This document shows positions 26,071 to 36,163 of a DNA stretch of 42,300 nucleotides, piece by piece. Within the stretch, counting starts at the first letter, position 1. Each line of letters begins with the position of its first letter. A model generated the notes under the pieces. That model ran no database searches. It was not told where the DNA came from and worked only from the letters and a program-made list of their open reading frames with translations. The position numbers were made by a program, and so were the translations under genes. Origin of the DNA: an uncultured Bacteroidota bacterium (GTDB lineage: Bacteria > Bacteroidota > Bacteroidia > Bacteroidales > VadinHA17); assembly GCA_903865465.1 (NCBI GenBank), contig CAIPJU010000380.1:1-42300 (forward strand). Reading direction: 5' to 3'.

Positions 26071-27432
26071 TCAGCTGAAAAGAGATTTTACAAGATGTTC
26101 GATCTTGCCTACCGGAATTATTTCAATGTTAAGTCTGTCGGATATTACATTTCTATGATATTTGGATATATATATTTTTGAAAATCCCATTTTTGAAGCC
26201 TCCCTGATCCGTTGTTCAACCCTTGCAACTGGTCTTATTTCACCCGACAAACCCGTTTCGCCGGCAAAACATACTTCTCTTCCAATCGGAATGTCGAGGT
26301 TGGAGGAGAGCACGGAACTGATAATTGCAAGGTCGATAGCAGGGTCAATGACCTTTATCCCGCCTGCGAGGTTGAGAAAGACATCCTTGACGGCAAGCCT
26401 GAATCCGGCCCTTTTTTCGAGTACTGCGAGAAGCATATTAAGTCGTCTGATATCAAAGCCGGTAGAACTTCTTTGTGGTGTTCCGTAAACCGCACTGCTG
26501 ACAAGAGCTTGTGTCTCAATAAGGAAAGGCCTGACTCCATCAACAGTGGCTGCAATGGATATACCGCTCAACGATTCCTCATGCCTGTTAATGAAAAGAT
26601 CGGAAGGATTACTTACCTCACGAAGTCCTGTTTCGACCATCTCAAAGATTCCAAGTTCGGATGTAGAGCCAAACCTGTTTTTTACGGCACGTAATATTCT
26701 GTATATGTAATTATTATCTCCTTCAAAGTAGAGAACTACATCAACAATATGTTCGAGAACCTTGGGACCGGCAATTGAACCATCCTTAGTGATATGTCCG
26801 ATAAGAAATATTGGTATTCCGGTTATCTTTGAATACTTGAGCAATTGTGCGGCGCATTCTCTTACCTGCGATACTGACCCTGCCGATGACTCCAGCATCC
26901 CGGTACTGATTGTCTGGATGGAATCGATAATTATCAGCCCTGGTTTAATATTGTCAGAATGGGTAAAAATGCTTTCAAGTTCAGTTTCACTGAGGATATA
27001 GCATCCCGGGTTTGAGTCTTTCATTCTCTGGGCTCTCATGCCGACCTGTTCTTCGCTCTCCTCTCCCGAGATATAAAGTACATCTTTTCCTTTAAGCGCC
27101 AGAGCCAGCTGAAGAGCAAGTGTCGATTTTCCAATGCCAGGTTCTCCGCCGAGTAATATTAGGGAGCCGCCTACTATGCCGCCACCGAGAATTCTGTCGA
27201 GTTCGGATAATCCTGTTTTTATCCTGGCATGCTGGTCAGGCTTTATATTATCGAGAAGTTCAGGTTTTCTTTTTTCGGCTGCAGCCAGGAATGAATTGCC
27301 ACGCTGCAGGGCAGGAGCAATAATCTCTTCGTGGTAGGTGTTCCACTCCTTACATGAGGGACATCTGCCGATCCACTTGGCCGATTCGGCTCCGCAATTC
27401 TGGCAGACGAATACTGATTTTGTTTTTGGCAT
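26071..27432 (-). CDS. radA: DNA repair protein RadA
   Basis: 453 aa with the N-terminal zinc ribbon CQNCGAESAKWIGRCPSC, Walker A GEPGIGKST, the KNRFG motif and a Lon-like C-terminal domain. Confidence 0.95.
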   Translation of the reverse strand: MPKTKSVFVCQNCGAESAKWIGRCPSCKEWNTYHEEIIAPALQRGNSFLAAAEKRKPELLDNIKPDQHARIKTGLSELDRILGGGIVGGSLILLGGEPGIGKSTLALQLALALKGKDVLYISGEESEEQVGMRAQRMKDSNPGCYILSETELESIFTHSDNIKPGLIIIDSIQTISTGMLESSAGSVSQVRECAAQLLKYSKITGIPIFLIGHITKDGSIAGPKVLEHIVDVVLYFEGDNNYIYRILRAVKNRFGSTSELGIFEMVETGLREVSNPSDLFINRHEESLSGISIAATVDGVRPFLIETQALVSSAVYGTPQRSSTGFDIRRLNMLLAVLEKRAGFRLAVKDVFLNLAGGIKVIDPAIDLAIISSVLSSNLDIPIGREVCFAGETGLSGEIRPVARVEQRIREASKMGFSKIYISKYHRNVISDRLNIEIIPVGKIEHLVKSLFS

Positions 27433-27487
27433 CTGGATTTATGTGAGATCATAACTCCCGCCGAATCTCTCATCAAAAAACGGAGAG

Positions 27488-28507
27488 TTATTCGGGATCG
27501 GGTTCCGGTTTGTTGTGTTTCTTGAAAATCATAAAAAATGCAATCGTTCCTACAATTGCGACAAAAATCAATTGCGACTCATGAGTAAGCAGGGCATAAA
27601 CGAGACCGTCTTCAATGGGGATTCCTTTAACAATCAGCAAACCACGCGAAATGATATAGTGAAAAGCCCCGATACCTCCCTGAACCGGAGCCGACATTCC
27701 CAGTCCCCCGATAACAAGAAGGAAAACACCGTCGGCCAGGGTCAGGTTTGAAGTGCTCTTTATAGCAAAAACCACAACCCAGGTCATCAGAGTATAGTTG
27801 ATCCAGATGAAGATAGTGTGAAAAATAAATTCCCACTTCCGCTCAAGATTGGTTATTGATTTAAGGCCATTAATGATTCCCCGGCCAACGCTGAACAACT
27901 TTGCAAAGAATCTTATTTTGCGAAGCTCTTTCTTATATTTCAGAATGAGGATCACTGATGCTGAAAGGATAAGGAAAATTAAAGCCCAGAGGATCCATCC
28001 GTGGCCGAACATTTTTTCAATCTTATCCTGGATAGGCACAAGGATACTATCTTTGAAGAACATGGCTATCTGGCTGCCGCTGGTAATAAGCAGGGCTACC
28101 ATAATCAGAAGGAGGGAGATAAAGTCGATGGTACGTTCTATTACAACGGTTCCGATAAGCTGGTCAACCGGTATATTCTCTTTTTTACCAAGTGCGACAC
28201 AGCGTGTTATTTCACCGATCCGTGGAAGAGCCAGGTTTGCGAGATAACCAGTCATCAGGGCCCAGAATGTGTTCAGATTCGATGGATTGAACCCCAGGGG
28301 CCGTATCAGCAGTACCCACCTCCGGGCTCTGCTGGCATATCCAAGGAAACCGAATAGGATTGAAAGCAGTAGCCATGAATAATTGGCATTTGCTAATCCA
28401 TCCTCGAGCTTGCTGAAATTAATATTGCGGAAGGCAAGCCAAAGCAACAGTATTCCTGCAAGCAAAAAAGCAGTAAATTTCAATGTCTGCAGTATGCCCT
28501 TTTTCAA
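27488..28507 (-). CDS. Polytopic membrane protein, UPF0104 / lysylphosphatidylglycerol-synthase-TM-region (flippase-like) family
   Basis: 339 aa with about 8 TM helices. The N-terminal pattern (LLWLAFRNINFSKL ... ASRARRWVLLIRPLGF) is typical of this family. It starts 1 nt after the panD stop. Confidence 0.7.
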   Translation of the reverse strand: MKKGILQTLKFTAFLLAGILLLWLAFRNINFSKLEDGLANANYSWLLLSILFGFLGYASRARRWVLLIRPLGFNPSNLNTFWALMTGYLANLALPRIGEITRCVALGKKENIPVDQLIGTVVIERTIDFISLLLIMVALLITSGSQIAMFFKDSILVPIQDKIEKMFGHGWILWALIFLILSASVILILKYKKELRKIRFFAKLFSVGRGIINGLKSITNLERKWEFIFHTIFIWINYTLMTWVVVFAIKSTSNLTLADGVFLLVIGGLGMSAPVQGGIGAFHYIISRGLLIVKGIPIEDGLVYALLTHESQLIFVAIVGTIAFFMIFKKHNKPEPDPE

Positions 28508-28508
28508 C

Positions 28509-28859
28509 TCAGATCAGTTTATTGGTTTTGGTATCAGGAAATATAATTGCGGGTTTGAAGCTCTTTGCTTCAACCTGGTCGATAATTGCATAAGACATTA
28601 TTATTACAACATCTCCCACAACCACTTTCCGTGCCGCTGCTCCGTTAAGACAAACATCGCCTGAACCTCTCTTTCCTTTTATAACGTAGGTTTCAAGACG
28701 TTCTCCGTTGTTCAGGTTAAGCACATGTACTTTTTCGTTTTCTATAATGTCGGCCGCATCCATCAGATCTTCATCAATAGTAACGCTTCCTATATAATGG
28801 AGATTCGATCCGGTTATTGTGACCTTGTGGATTTTCGATTTTACTACCTGTATGAACAT
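28509..28859 (-). CDS. panD: Aspartate 1-decarboxylase
   Basis: 116 aa. [23 protein letters not shown] contains the Gly-Ser self-processing site context. Confidence 0.93.
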   Translation of the reverse strand: MFIQVVKSKIHKVTITGSNLHYIGSVTIDEDLMDAADIIENEKVHVLNLNNGERLETYVIKGKRGSGDVCLNGAAARKVVVGDVVIIMSYAIIDQVEAKSFKPAIIFPDTKTNKLI

Positions 28860-28912
28860 GATCTTGTTTCTTACCTACACAAATGAACAGCAAAGGTAAA
28901 TAACCTTTTGGA

Positions 28913-29770
28913 TCAGAACAACGTAAATTCAATATTATCTATCAGCCTTATCTTTCCAGCCATAACTGCAATGCAGCCAAAGTAGCGTTTCAGGGAGTTC
29001 ATTTCCGCCTTATGGGAAACCGGAATAAGCTCATTATCATCAGCTATTTCAAAGTATTCGACTTTGAATCCGTCAATGTGCTCTATCTTCTCAGCAACAA
29101 ATGCTTTTATCTCCGGAATATCATTTCGCCTTATCATTACTGAGGCTTCATTAATTGTCTTGTAAATAACCGGGGCATTTTTTCTGATCACCGGATCGAG
29201 GAGTGTATTTCTGCTGCTCATTGCCAAACCATCAGGTTCTCGAATAATAGGACAGCCTATAATCCTTATTTTCAGGCTCAACTGCCTTGTCAGTTCTTTT
29301 ATTACAGCCAGCTGCTGAAAATCCTTTTGCCCAAAGTATGCCACATCGGGCTTGGTTATCTCGAATAAACGGCTCACAACCTGACCCACACCGTTGAAAT
29401 GGCCATGGCGATGAAGTGCCTCCATGACATTGTCGAGGTTTCCGAAACTGAATTGCCTGCTATCTTCCACGGGATATATTTCTTCATTTGATGGCATAAA
29501 AATAATATCATGTTCCCGGAGTACTTTCCCAAGAAGAGAGAGATCCTCTTCAGGGGTCCTGGGATAGTTTTTAAGATCATTCCTGTCATTAAACTGGGTG
29601 GGGTTTACAAAAATGCTTACAATAACAAGAGGAGAATTTTCCAGTGCACTTCTTACAAGCGAAAGATGACCTTCATGGAGTGCGCCCATGGTGGGAACGA
29701 AGCCCACGGGTGAAATATTAAATTTATATATCCTCTCCTGCAGTTCTATTACTCTTTTTATAACAATCAT
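28913..29770 (-). CDS. panC: Pantoate--beta-alanine ligase
   Basis: 285 aa with the PTMGALHEGHLSL (HIGH-type) motif and FGQKDFQQ. Confidence 0.93.
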   Translation of the reverse strand: MIVIKRVIELQERIYKFNISPVGFVPTMGALHEGHLSLVRSALENSPLVIVSIFVNPTQFNDRNDLKNYPRTPEEDLSLLGKVLREHDIIFMPSNEEIYPVEDSRQFSFGNLDNVMEALHRHGHFNGVGQVVSRLFEITKPDVAYFGQKDFQQLAVIKELTRQLSLKIRIIGCPIIREPDGLAMSSRNTLLDPVIRKNAPVIYKTINEASVMIRRNDIPEIKAFVAEKIEHIDGFKVEYFEIADDNELIPVSHKAEMNSLKRYFGCIAVMAGKIRLIDNIEFTLF

Positions 29771-29906
29771 AGCGTCAAAAATTAGTATAAAAAAATGTCT
29801 GATATTTTATTTAAAGTAACGATATTTCAGTGGGGAAATGATCTTTTACCTTAATTTTATGGATTCCTCAGGTTTCACATATTAATATAATATCAATATA
29901 ATTTGC

Positions 29907-29914
29907 TATCTTTG
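29907..29914 (+). promoter_or_regulatory. Candidate -7 promoter box for the GT5-like/DUF4270 pair
   Basis: TATCTTTG matches TAnnTTTG and lies 39 nt upstream of the ATG at 29953. Confidence 0.45.
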
Positions 29915-29952
29915 CGCATTAAATCTGGAAGATATATCCAGGCATAAAATAA

Positions 29953-30759
29953 ATGGAAAGCAGGAAGGTATTATTCATTTCACAAGAGATCACTCCATAT
30001 TTAGGTGAGACGAAGTTATCAAAAATAGGAAGATTTCTTCCTCAGGGTATTCAGGAAAGAGGAAAAGAGATCAGGACTTTTATGCCGAGGTATGGATGTA
30101 TTAATGAAAGACGGAATCAGCTTCATGAAGTTATTCGTCTTTCAGGTATGAATCTCATTATCGACGACACTGATCACCCGCTGATCATAAAGGTAGCTTC
30201 GATTCAGTCAGCAAGGATGCAGGTCTATTTTATAGATAACGACGATTATTTTCAACGGAAGCATACTGTCAGTGATCATAACGGGCACGAATTTGAGGAT
30301 AACGACGAAAGGGCTCTCTTTTTTGCAAGAGGAGTTATTGAGACTGTCAAGAAACTTCGATGGGCGCCCGATATAGTTCATTGCCACGGATGGATGTCTT
30401 CGCTCGTTCCGGTATATCTGAGGAGTATTTACCATGATGATCCCTTGTTCCATAACTATAAAATAATCTATTCGATTTACAATAACGATTTTAAAACTCC
30501 GTTTAGATCAACGTTTGCCGACAAGCTCAGGTTTGACGGAATAGATGGTGAAAATCTTAAAATGGTTAAGAACCCCGATTTTGTAAATGTCTCAAAACTG
30601 GCAATTAAGTATTCTGACGGAATAATTATCGGGAGTGAAGAAATAAATGATGAACTGACAAAACACCTTAGCGGCATTAACAAACCTGTTTTGCCATACA
30701 AGGATGAAACACAATATATTGATGCCTACAACGAATTTTATGACAAGATACTATCTTAA
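29953..30759 (+). CDS. Half-length GT5 (glycogen/starch-synthase N-terminal domain only) protein
   Basis: 268 aa and alignable by eye to the GlgA N-terminal Rossmann half (VLFISQEITPY..., HCHGWMSSLVP). There is no C-terminal GT-B half, and the KTGGL position reads GETKL. Confidence 0.8.
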   Translation: MESRKVLFISQEITPYLGETKLSKIGRFLPQGIQERGKEIRTFMPRYGCINERRNQLHEVIRLSGMNLIIDDTDHPLIIKVASIQSARMQVYFIDNDDYFQRKHTVSDHNGHEFEDNDERALFFARGVIETVKKLRWAPDIVHCHGWMSSLVPVYLRSIYHDDPLFHNYKIIYSIYNNDFKTPFRSTFADKLRFDGIDGENLKMVKNPDFVNVSKLAIKYSDGIIIGSEEINDELTKHLSGINKPVLPYKDETQYIDAYNEFYDKILS

Positions 30760-32119
30760 GAAAATCCTTATTTTCAAATCACTGCTATCCTTCCGGAGTT
30801 TAAAAAATATTTTCCTTCTTTTGGGTTTTTTCCCGCTGATAATTATCGCAGTCTCCTGCGAGGAAGGTGCTACCACAATAGGCAAAAATATTCTCCCGGG
30901 AAGTGATTTTGTAAGCCTTAAAACAATTGATACCCTGAGTGCCAGATCATTTACGCAGTTTGATGATTCAATACGTACTGACAACCCCTCAAATTCATAT
31001 CTGGGACGGCTTGATGATTCCTATTTCGGAAGCACTGCCGGAGAGCTGGTTTCACAGGTCAGACTTAGCAATGAATGGGATGGATCGCAAACCTATACTG
31101 TCGATTCGGTAAAGCTTATTCTTAAATTTCTGACAACAAAGGGAACAGTGTCGACTGATTATTTCCGTACACTCAAAATATCAGAGATAGCCAAACAAAT
31201 TTATACCGATTCGGCATATTATTCACATTCACCTCTACCATTGACGGGTTTTTCAGTATCCGGGATTAGACTTCCAAGAACCCTCAGGTCCGATACTATC
31301 AATGATGTTACCTTAACTGTACCTGTTGAGTTTGGCAATTACATTATACGAGATACTTCACAATTCTTCTATAGCAGCACCAAGGCCGATTTCCGGTCGT
31401 ACTTTAAGGGAATCAGGATCCAGCTTGATGCTGGTCAGGACCCTCTCCTTGTATCACTCAGTCTAACTTCAACTATTACTACAACAGGGTATTATAATAA
31501 TTATTTTGATATTTATATGCATGATTCAGCCGGTACCCAGCAACAATACCTGCTAATACTGGATGCTGTGAACAAAAATGCTGCATACAACAGATTTATT
31601 CACGATTTCTCTACAGCTGACATAGACAAGAAGATTAAGCATATCAACGACAATTACAGGGATTCGCTTTCGTACCTGCAGTGCCTCAATGGTGTTTATA
31701 CTAAAATAAAAATACCCGGACTGGCTAATTTGAAGAATACGGGTGACTTCCTTGGAAAATTCGGAATTAATAAAGCAAGGCTCGTGGTTCCATATAAAAT
31801 TGATGGTAATCTCTATAAGCATACTACAATACCAACAGGCCTCTACCTCAGGTACAGAACTACCACTGGTCACAAGTGGGTGGTTCCCGATTACAGCATT
31901 GACACATATCACCAATTCTTTGATGGTGTGGCCGATACTGTGAATAATGTTTACAATTTTAATATTGCCACCTTTGTACAGAAGTATTTTAACGATAAAG
32001 CTGATACTATACTTCCCGACCTTGAAGTCTTTCAGTCCCTCGGTACCAAAAATGTCATTCTGAAGGCAAATAACAACAAAACCCCGATCAAGTTCGAATT
32101 TAACTATACCAAGTTTTAG
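30740..32119 (+). CDS. DUF4270-like lipoprotein
   Basis: The ORF track starts at 30704. The ATG at 30740 (MTRYYLKK...) is equally possible and overlaps the upstream gene by 20 nt. It has the lipobox IIAVSC followed by GKNILPGSDF...LGRLDDSYFGST, which is typical of DUF4270. Confidence 0.75.
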   Translation: MTRYYLKKILIFKSLLSFRSLKNIFLLLGFFPLIIIAVSCEEGATTIGKNILPGSDFVSLKTIDTLSARSFTQFDDSIRTDNPSNSYLGRLDDSYFGSTAGELVSQVRLSNEWDGSQTYTVDSVKLILKFLTTKGTVSTDYFRTLKISEIAKQIYTDSAYYSHSPLPLTGFSVSGIRLPRTLRSDTINDVTLTVPVEFGNYIIRDTSQFFYSSTKADFRSYFKGIRIQLDAGQDPLLVSLSLTSTITTTGYYNNYFDIYMHDSAGTQQQYLLILDAVNKNAAYNRFIHDFSTADIDKKIKHINDNYRDSLSYLQCLNGVYTKIKIPGLANLKNTGDFLGKFGINKARLVVPYKIDGNLYKHTTIPTGLYLRYRTTTGHKWVVPDYSIDTYHQFFDGVADTVNNVYNFNIATFVQKYFNDKADTILPDLEVFQSLGTKNVILKANNNKTPIKFEFNYTKF

Positions 32120-32175
32120 CTTTTCTGATCTGTAATAGCTATTTTCGCACATGATGTAATTAAAAGAAATTCATT

Positions 32176-34011
32176 ATGTGTGGAATAATTGGTTACATAG
32201 GATCGAAAGATGCCCGTGATCTGATCATCAGCGGTCTTAAAAAACTTGAATATCGTGGTTATGATTCTGCAGGAATAGCTCTTATAAACGGGGATACAAA
32301 AGTATTCAAGTGTGCCGGTAGGGTAAAGGAGCTTGAGGAGAAAGTCAACAAATCGGGTTTCAATGGAACAACCGGAATGGGCCACACAAGGTGGGCAACC
32401 CATGGCGAACCAAATGAAACAAATGCTCATCCCCAGGTATCCTATAAGGGCAATTTTATTGTTGTTCATAATGGCATTATCGAAAATTATTCCCAGATCA
32501 AGAAGCATCTTCAGAGCAGGGGAATCGTTTTCTCGAGTCAGACCGATACCGAAGTTCTGGCAAACCTTATCGAACACCTCTATCTCGAAGGCGACCTTTC
32601 TGCTGAACAGGCTATTACAATGGCGCTTAACCGGGTGGAAGGTGCATATGGACTGGTAATTATCTGTACCAGTGAAACTGACAGACTTTTTGCAGCACGG
32701 AAAGGTAGTCCCCTGGTAATTGGCGTCGGCGATGGAGAGAATTTTATTGCTTCCGATGCCACACCCATCGTTGAACATACAAAAAGAGTTATATATCTCA
32801 ATGATAATGATCTCGCTATAATAAAGAAGGATGAGCTCATCCTGAGGACTATCAAGGCAGAAAGTATCAAGCCGGAAGTAAAAGAGCTTGAGCTTAAACT
32901 GGGAGAGATAGACAAAGAGGGTTATCCCCACTTCATGCTGAAGGAAATCTTTGAACAGCCAAAGGCAATTCATAACACCTTCAGGGGAAGGGTCCTTCCT
33001 GATTTTTCAGGTATCAGGCTCGGAGGGCTGCACGAAATCCTCGATTCAGTGACGGAGGCCGAAAGGATAATAATCATTGCCTGCGGAACATCGTGGCATG
33101 CCGGCCTTCTGGGTGAATATATTTTTGAAGAATATACACGTATCCCTGTTGAAGTAGAATACGCCTCTGAATTCAGATACAGGAATCCAATAATCAAAAA
33201 AGGAGATATTGTTATTGCTATAAGTCAGAGTGGTGAAACTGCTGATACCCTTGCTGCTATTAAGCTTGCCCGGGCAAAGGGAGCTAAAGTTCTTGGGATA
33301 TGCAATGTCGTTGGAAGCAGTATTCCACGAGAGACTGACGCAGGTGTTTATACTCATGCCGGACCTGAAATTGGCGTAGCATCAACCAAAGCCTTTACAA
33401 GTCAGGTGACTGTTCTCGCCATGATGGCATTCGTTCTGGGCCACAGAAGAGGTATTATCAGTGATGAAGGTTATAAAGCGCTCATTACTGAGCTGGTAGC
33501 AATCCCGGGTAAAATTGAGAAAGCGCTCGAGGCAAACGACAAGGCTCTTGAGCTGGCAAAGATTTTTCAGAATACGAGGAATGCGCTTTACCTTGGCAGG
33601 GGTTATCTGTTCCCTGTTGCACTGGAAGGAGCTCTTAAACTGAAGGAGATCTCCTATGTTCATGCTGAGGGATATCCTGCCGCTGAAATGAAACATGGTC
33701 CTATTGCTCTCATTGATGAGAATATGCCAATTGTCGTCGTTGCAACAAGGGATGATACTTACGATAAAATCATCAGTAATATCCAGGAGATTAAGGCCAG
33801 GAAGGGAATCGTAATAGCTATCGTAACCGAAGGGGATGAAATAATAGCAAAAATGGCTGATTACGTTCTTGAAGTACCTGAAACTTTACCTACGTTCTCA
33901 GGACTTCTTGCAGTGATACCACTTCAGCTGTTGTCGTATCACATTGCTGTTCTGAGAGGTTGTGATGTTGACCAACCCAGAAACCTGGCTAAATCAGTTA
34001 CTGTAGAATAA
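32176..34011 (+). CDS. glmS: Glutamine--fructose-6-phosphate aminotransferase (isomerizing)
   Basis: 611 aa with the N-terminal nucleophile MCGIIGY, two SIS domains and the C-terminal KSVTVE. Confidence 0.97.
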   Translation: MCGIIGYIGSKDARDLIISGLKKLEYRGYDSAGIALINGDTKVFKCAGRVKELEEKVNKSGFNGTTGMGHTRWATHGEPNETNAHPQVSYKGNFIVVHNGIIENYSQIKKHLQSRGIVFSSQTDTEVLANLIEHLYLEGDLSAEQAITMALNRVEGAYGLVIICTSETDRLFAARKGSPLVIGVGDGENFIASDATPIVEHTKRVIYLNDNDLAIIKKDELILRTIKAESIKPEVKELELKLGEIDKEGYPHFMLKEIFEQPKAIHNTFRGRVLPDFSGIRLGGLHEILDSVTEAERIIIIACGTSWHAGLLGEYIFEEYTRIPVEVEYASEFRYRNPIIKKGDIVIAISQSGETADTLAAIKLARAKGAKVLGICNVVGSSIPRETDAGVYTHAGPEIGVASTKAFTSQVTVLAMMAFVLGHRRGIISDEGYKALITELVAIPGKIEKALEANDKALELAKIFQNTRNALYLGRGYLFPVALEGALKLKEISYVHAEGYPAAEMKHGPIALIDENMPIVVVATRDDTYDKIISNIQEIKARKGIVIAIVTEGDEIIAKMADYVLEVPETLPTFSGLLAVIPLQLLSYHIAVLRGCDVDQPRNLAKSVTVE

Positions 34012-34072
34012 GGCTATAAGAAGAAAACCCAATTTGACTGCATCGGGAGGGAGGTTCCGGAAATCCGGTAAC

Positions 34073-35128
34073 TCACCTTCCGGAGTACATCAAATCGTAA
34101 TATTTGCTGTAGTCGCCCGATAATATACTTTCAAGCCAGATTGTATTTGTCAGGTACCAGTCTACTGTTTTTCCAAGCCCTTCTGCAAAATCAGGTATGG
34201 GTGACCACCCGAATTCGTTTTGAAGTTTTGAAGAGTCGATGGCGTATCTCAGATCATGTCCGGGTCGATCTTTTACATAGGTAATCAGCTTTTCGGATTC
34301 ACCGTCAGGACGATTCAGCCTATTATCCATTATACTGCACAGAAGTTTAATGAGATCAATATTTTTCCATTCGTTATTGCCACCTATATTATAAGTTTCG
34401 CCCGATTTCCCCCTGTGAAAAATAGTATCAATGGCTGAAGCATGGTCCTCAACATAGAGCCAGTCACGTATGTTTTCTCCCTTCCCGTAAACCGGTATGG
34501 GCTTATTGTTTTTTATATTGTTTATAGCCAATGGAATAAGCTTCTCAGGAAACTGATTGGGTCCATAGTTATTCGAGCAGTTCGAAATTAACGCCGGGAT
34601 GCCGAAAGTGTGGTTAAAAGCCCGGACCAGGTGGTCAGAACTGGCTTTGGATGCCGAATAGGGACTCTTTGGATCATATGAAGTAGTTTCGGTAAAAAAC
34701 CCTTCCTTCCCAAGCGATCCAAAAACCTCGTCGGTAGAGATATGATAGAATAATTTTCCTTCGAAGTTGTTCTTCCAGCTTTCAAGTGCAGCGCTAAGAA
34801 GATTGACTGTGCCGACAATATTGGTGTAAACAAATTCATCAGGACCGGTGATGGATCTGTCGACATGCGACTCCGCAGCGAGGTGGATCACTCCGTCGAA
34901 GTTATATTTCCTGAAAAGGTTAAGAACTGACTGTTTGTCAACTATATCAATTTTCTCAAAAAAATAATTATCTTTTTTGTCGACATCCGACAGGTTTTCC
35001 AGGTTCCCGGCATAGGTAAGCTTATCGGCATTTACGATCAGGTAGTCGGGATATTTGTTTACAAATCTGCGTACTACGTGCGAGCCAATAAAACCTGCAC
35101 CTCCGGTTATAAGGATTACTTTCTTCAT
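34073..35128 (-). CDS. rfbB: dTDP-glucose 4,6-dehydratase
   Basis: 351 aa, an extended SDR with GGAGFIGSH, YSASKASSDH (YxxxK) and an RmlB-like C-terminus. Confidence 0.88.
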   Translation of the reverse strand: MKKVILITGGAGFIGSHVVRRFVNKYPDYLIVNADKLTYAGNLENLSDVDKKDNYFFEKIDIVDKQSVLNLFRKYNFDGVIHLAAESHVDRSITGPDEFVYTNIVGTVNLLSAALESWKNNFEGKLFYHISTDEVFGSLGKEGFFTETTSYDPKSPYSASKASSDHLVRAFNHTFGIPALISNCSNNYGPNQFPEKLIPLAINNIKNNKPIPVYGKGENIRDWLYVEDHASAIDTIFHRGKSGETYNIGGNNEWKNIDLIKLLCSIMDNRLNRPDGESEKLITYVKDRPGHDLRYAIDSSKLQNEFGWSPIPDFAEGLGKTVDWYLTNTIWLESILSGDYSKYYDLMYSGR

Positions 35129-35130
35129 TC

Positions 35131-36162
35131 TCAGGATTTTTTGCCTCTGATATTTTTTTCCCAGTTCCAGGCGGTGAGCATCGATTCATCGAGTGAACTT
35201 ACTGTTTTCCATCCGAGTTCCGTGTTGGCCAGCGAGGGATCGGCCCATATCTTTTCAACATCACCAGGTCTCCTGCCGGTAACTTTATACTTTAATTTTA
35301 CTCCCGTTGCCCGTTCGAAAGATTGAATTGCCTCAAGAACAGAAACGCCGGTTCCGGTTCCCAGATTGAAGACTTCATATGATGATTTTGTTTTCCCTTC
35401 AAGGAGTCGTTTAACAGCAACCACATGAGCCTTTGCCAGGTCAACTACATGGAGATAATCCCTAACGCAATAGCCATCAGGTGTATTAAAATCATTACCG
35501 AAAACCTTCAGTTCGTCCCTCAATCCATAGGCAGTCTGAGTAATGTAAGGCACCAGGTTTTCAGGAACACCACGCGGTAATTCGCCGATAAGCCCTGATG
35601 GGTGAGCACCAATCGGGTTGAAATACCTTAGTGCGATGGCTTTGATATTTTCGTCAGCCCTGGTAGTATCCATCAGGATTTCTTCACCTATCTGCTTTGT
35701 ATTTCCATAGGGAGACTGGGCCGGCTGCCAGGGTGTTAATTCATTGACCGGGAGTACTTCGGGTTGTCCATAGACGGTGCAGGAGGACGAAAACACAAGT
35801 CCATTGATATTGAACTGCTTCATGGCGCCCAGGAGGTTTATGAGCGACATGAGGTTGTTATGATAGTATTCCAAAGGCTTCCTAACCGATTCTCCTACAG
35901 CCTTATACGCTGCAAAATGAATGACCGCAGCAATATCATGATGTTTTTCAAAGAAGACATCGAGTTTAGAGCGGTCGCAGATATCCAAAACCTCAAGCTG
36001 AGGTTTGACCCCAGATATCATTTTAATTCCATCAGCTACCTCAGCTTCAGAGTTGTAGAGATTATCAATGATCACCACATCAAAACCTTCTGCGATAAGC
36101 TCAACTGCAGTATGCGAGCCTATATAACCTGTACCTCCCGTGACCAATATTTTTTTCTTCAT
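35131..36162 (-). CDS. galE: UDP-glucose 4-epimerase
   Basis: 343 aa with GGTGYIGSH, YGNTKQIGE (YxxxK) and GalE-like blocks RYFNPIGAHPSG and DYLHVVDLA. Confidence 0.88.
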   Translation of the reverse strand: MKKKILVTGGTGYIGSHTAVELIAEGFDVVIIDNLYNSEAEVADGIKMISGVKPQLEVLDICDRSKLDVFFEKHHDIAAVIHFAAYKAVGESVRKPLEYYHNNLMSLINLLGAMKQFNINGLVFSSSCTVYGQPEVLPVNELTPWQPAQSPYGNTKQIGEEILMDTTRADENIKAIALRYFNPIGAHPSGLIGELPRGVPENLVPYITQTAYGLRDELKVFGNDFNTPDGYCVRDYLHVVDLAKAHVVAVKRLLEGKTKSSYEVFNLGTGTGVSVLEAIQSFERATGVKLKYKVTGRRPGDVEKIWADPSLANTELGWKTVSSLDESMLTAWNWEKNIRGKKS

Positions 36163-36163
36163 T

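Noticed and set aside
26212-26694. 160-aa and 108-aa plus-strand ORFs inside radA.
   Set aside because: They are antisense to a canonical radA (zinc ribbon, Walker A, KNRFG) and are most likely shadow ORFs.
31553-32152. 199-aa minus-strand ORF.
   Set aside because: It is antisense to the DUF4270-like lipoprotein gene. It has no signal, no motif and no plausible promoter context. The sense gene has family-typical features.
32116-32973. 285-aa minus-strand ORF, the longest unexplained ORF in the track.
   Set aside because: It lies almost entirely antisense to glmS, whose identity is unambiguous (MCGIIGY ... KSVTVE). Its product has no recognisable motif. It looks like an antisense-frame artefact of a long, conserved gene.
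34012-34072. Possible terminator hairpin between convergent glmS and rfbB (CCGGAAATCCGG).
   Set aside because: There is only a 4-bp self-complementary stem and no flanking T-tract, which is too weak to call.
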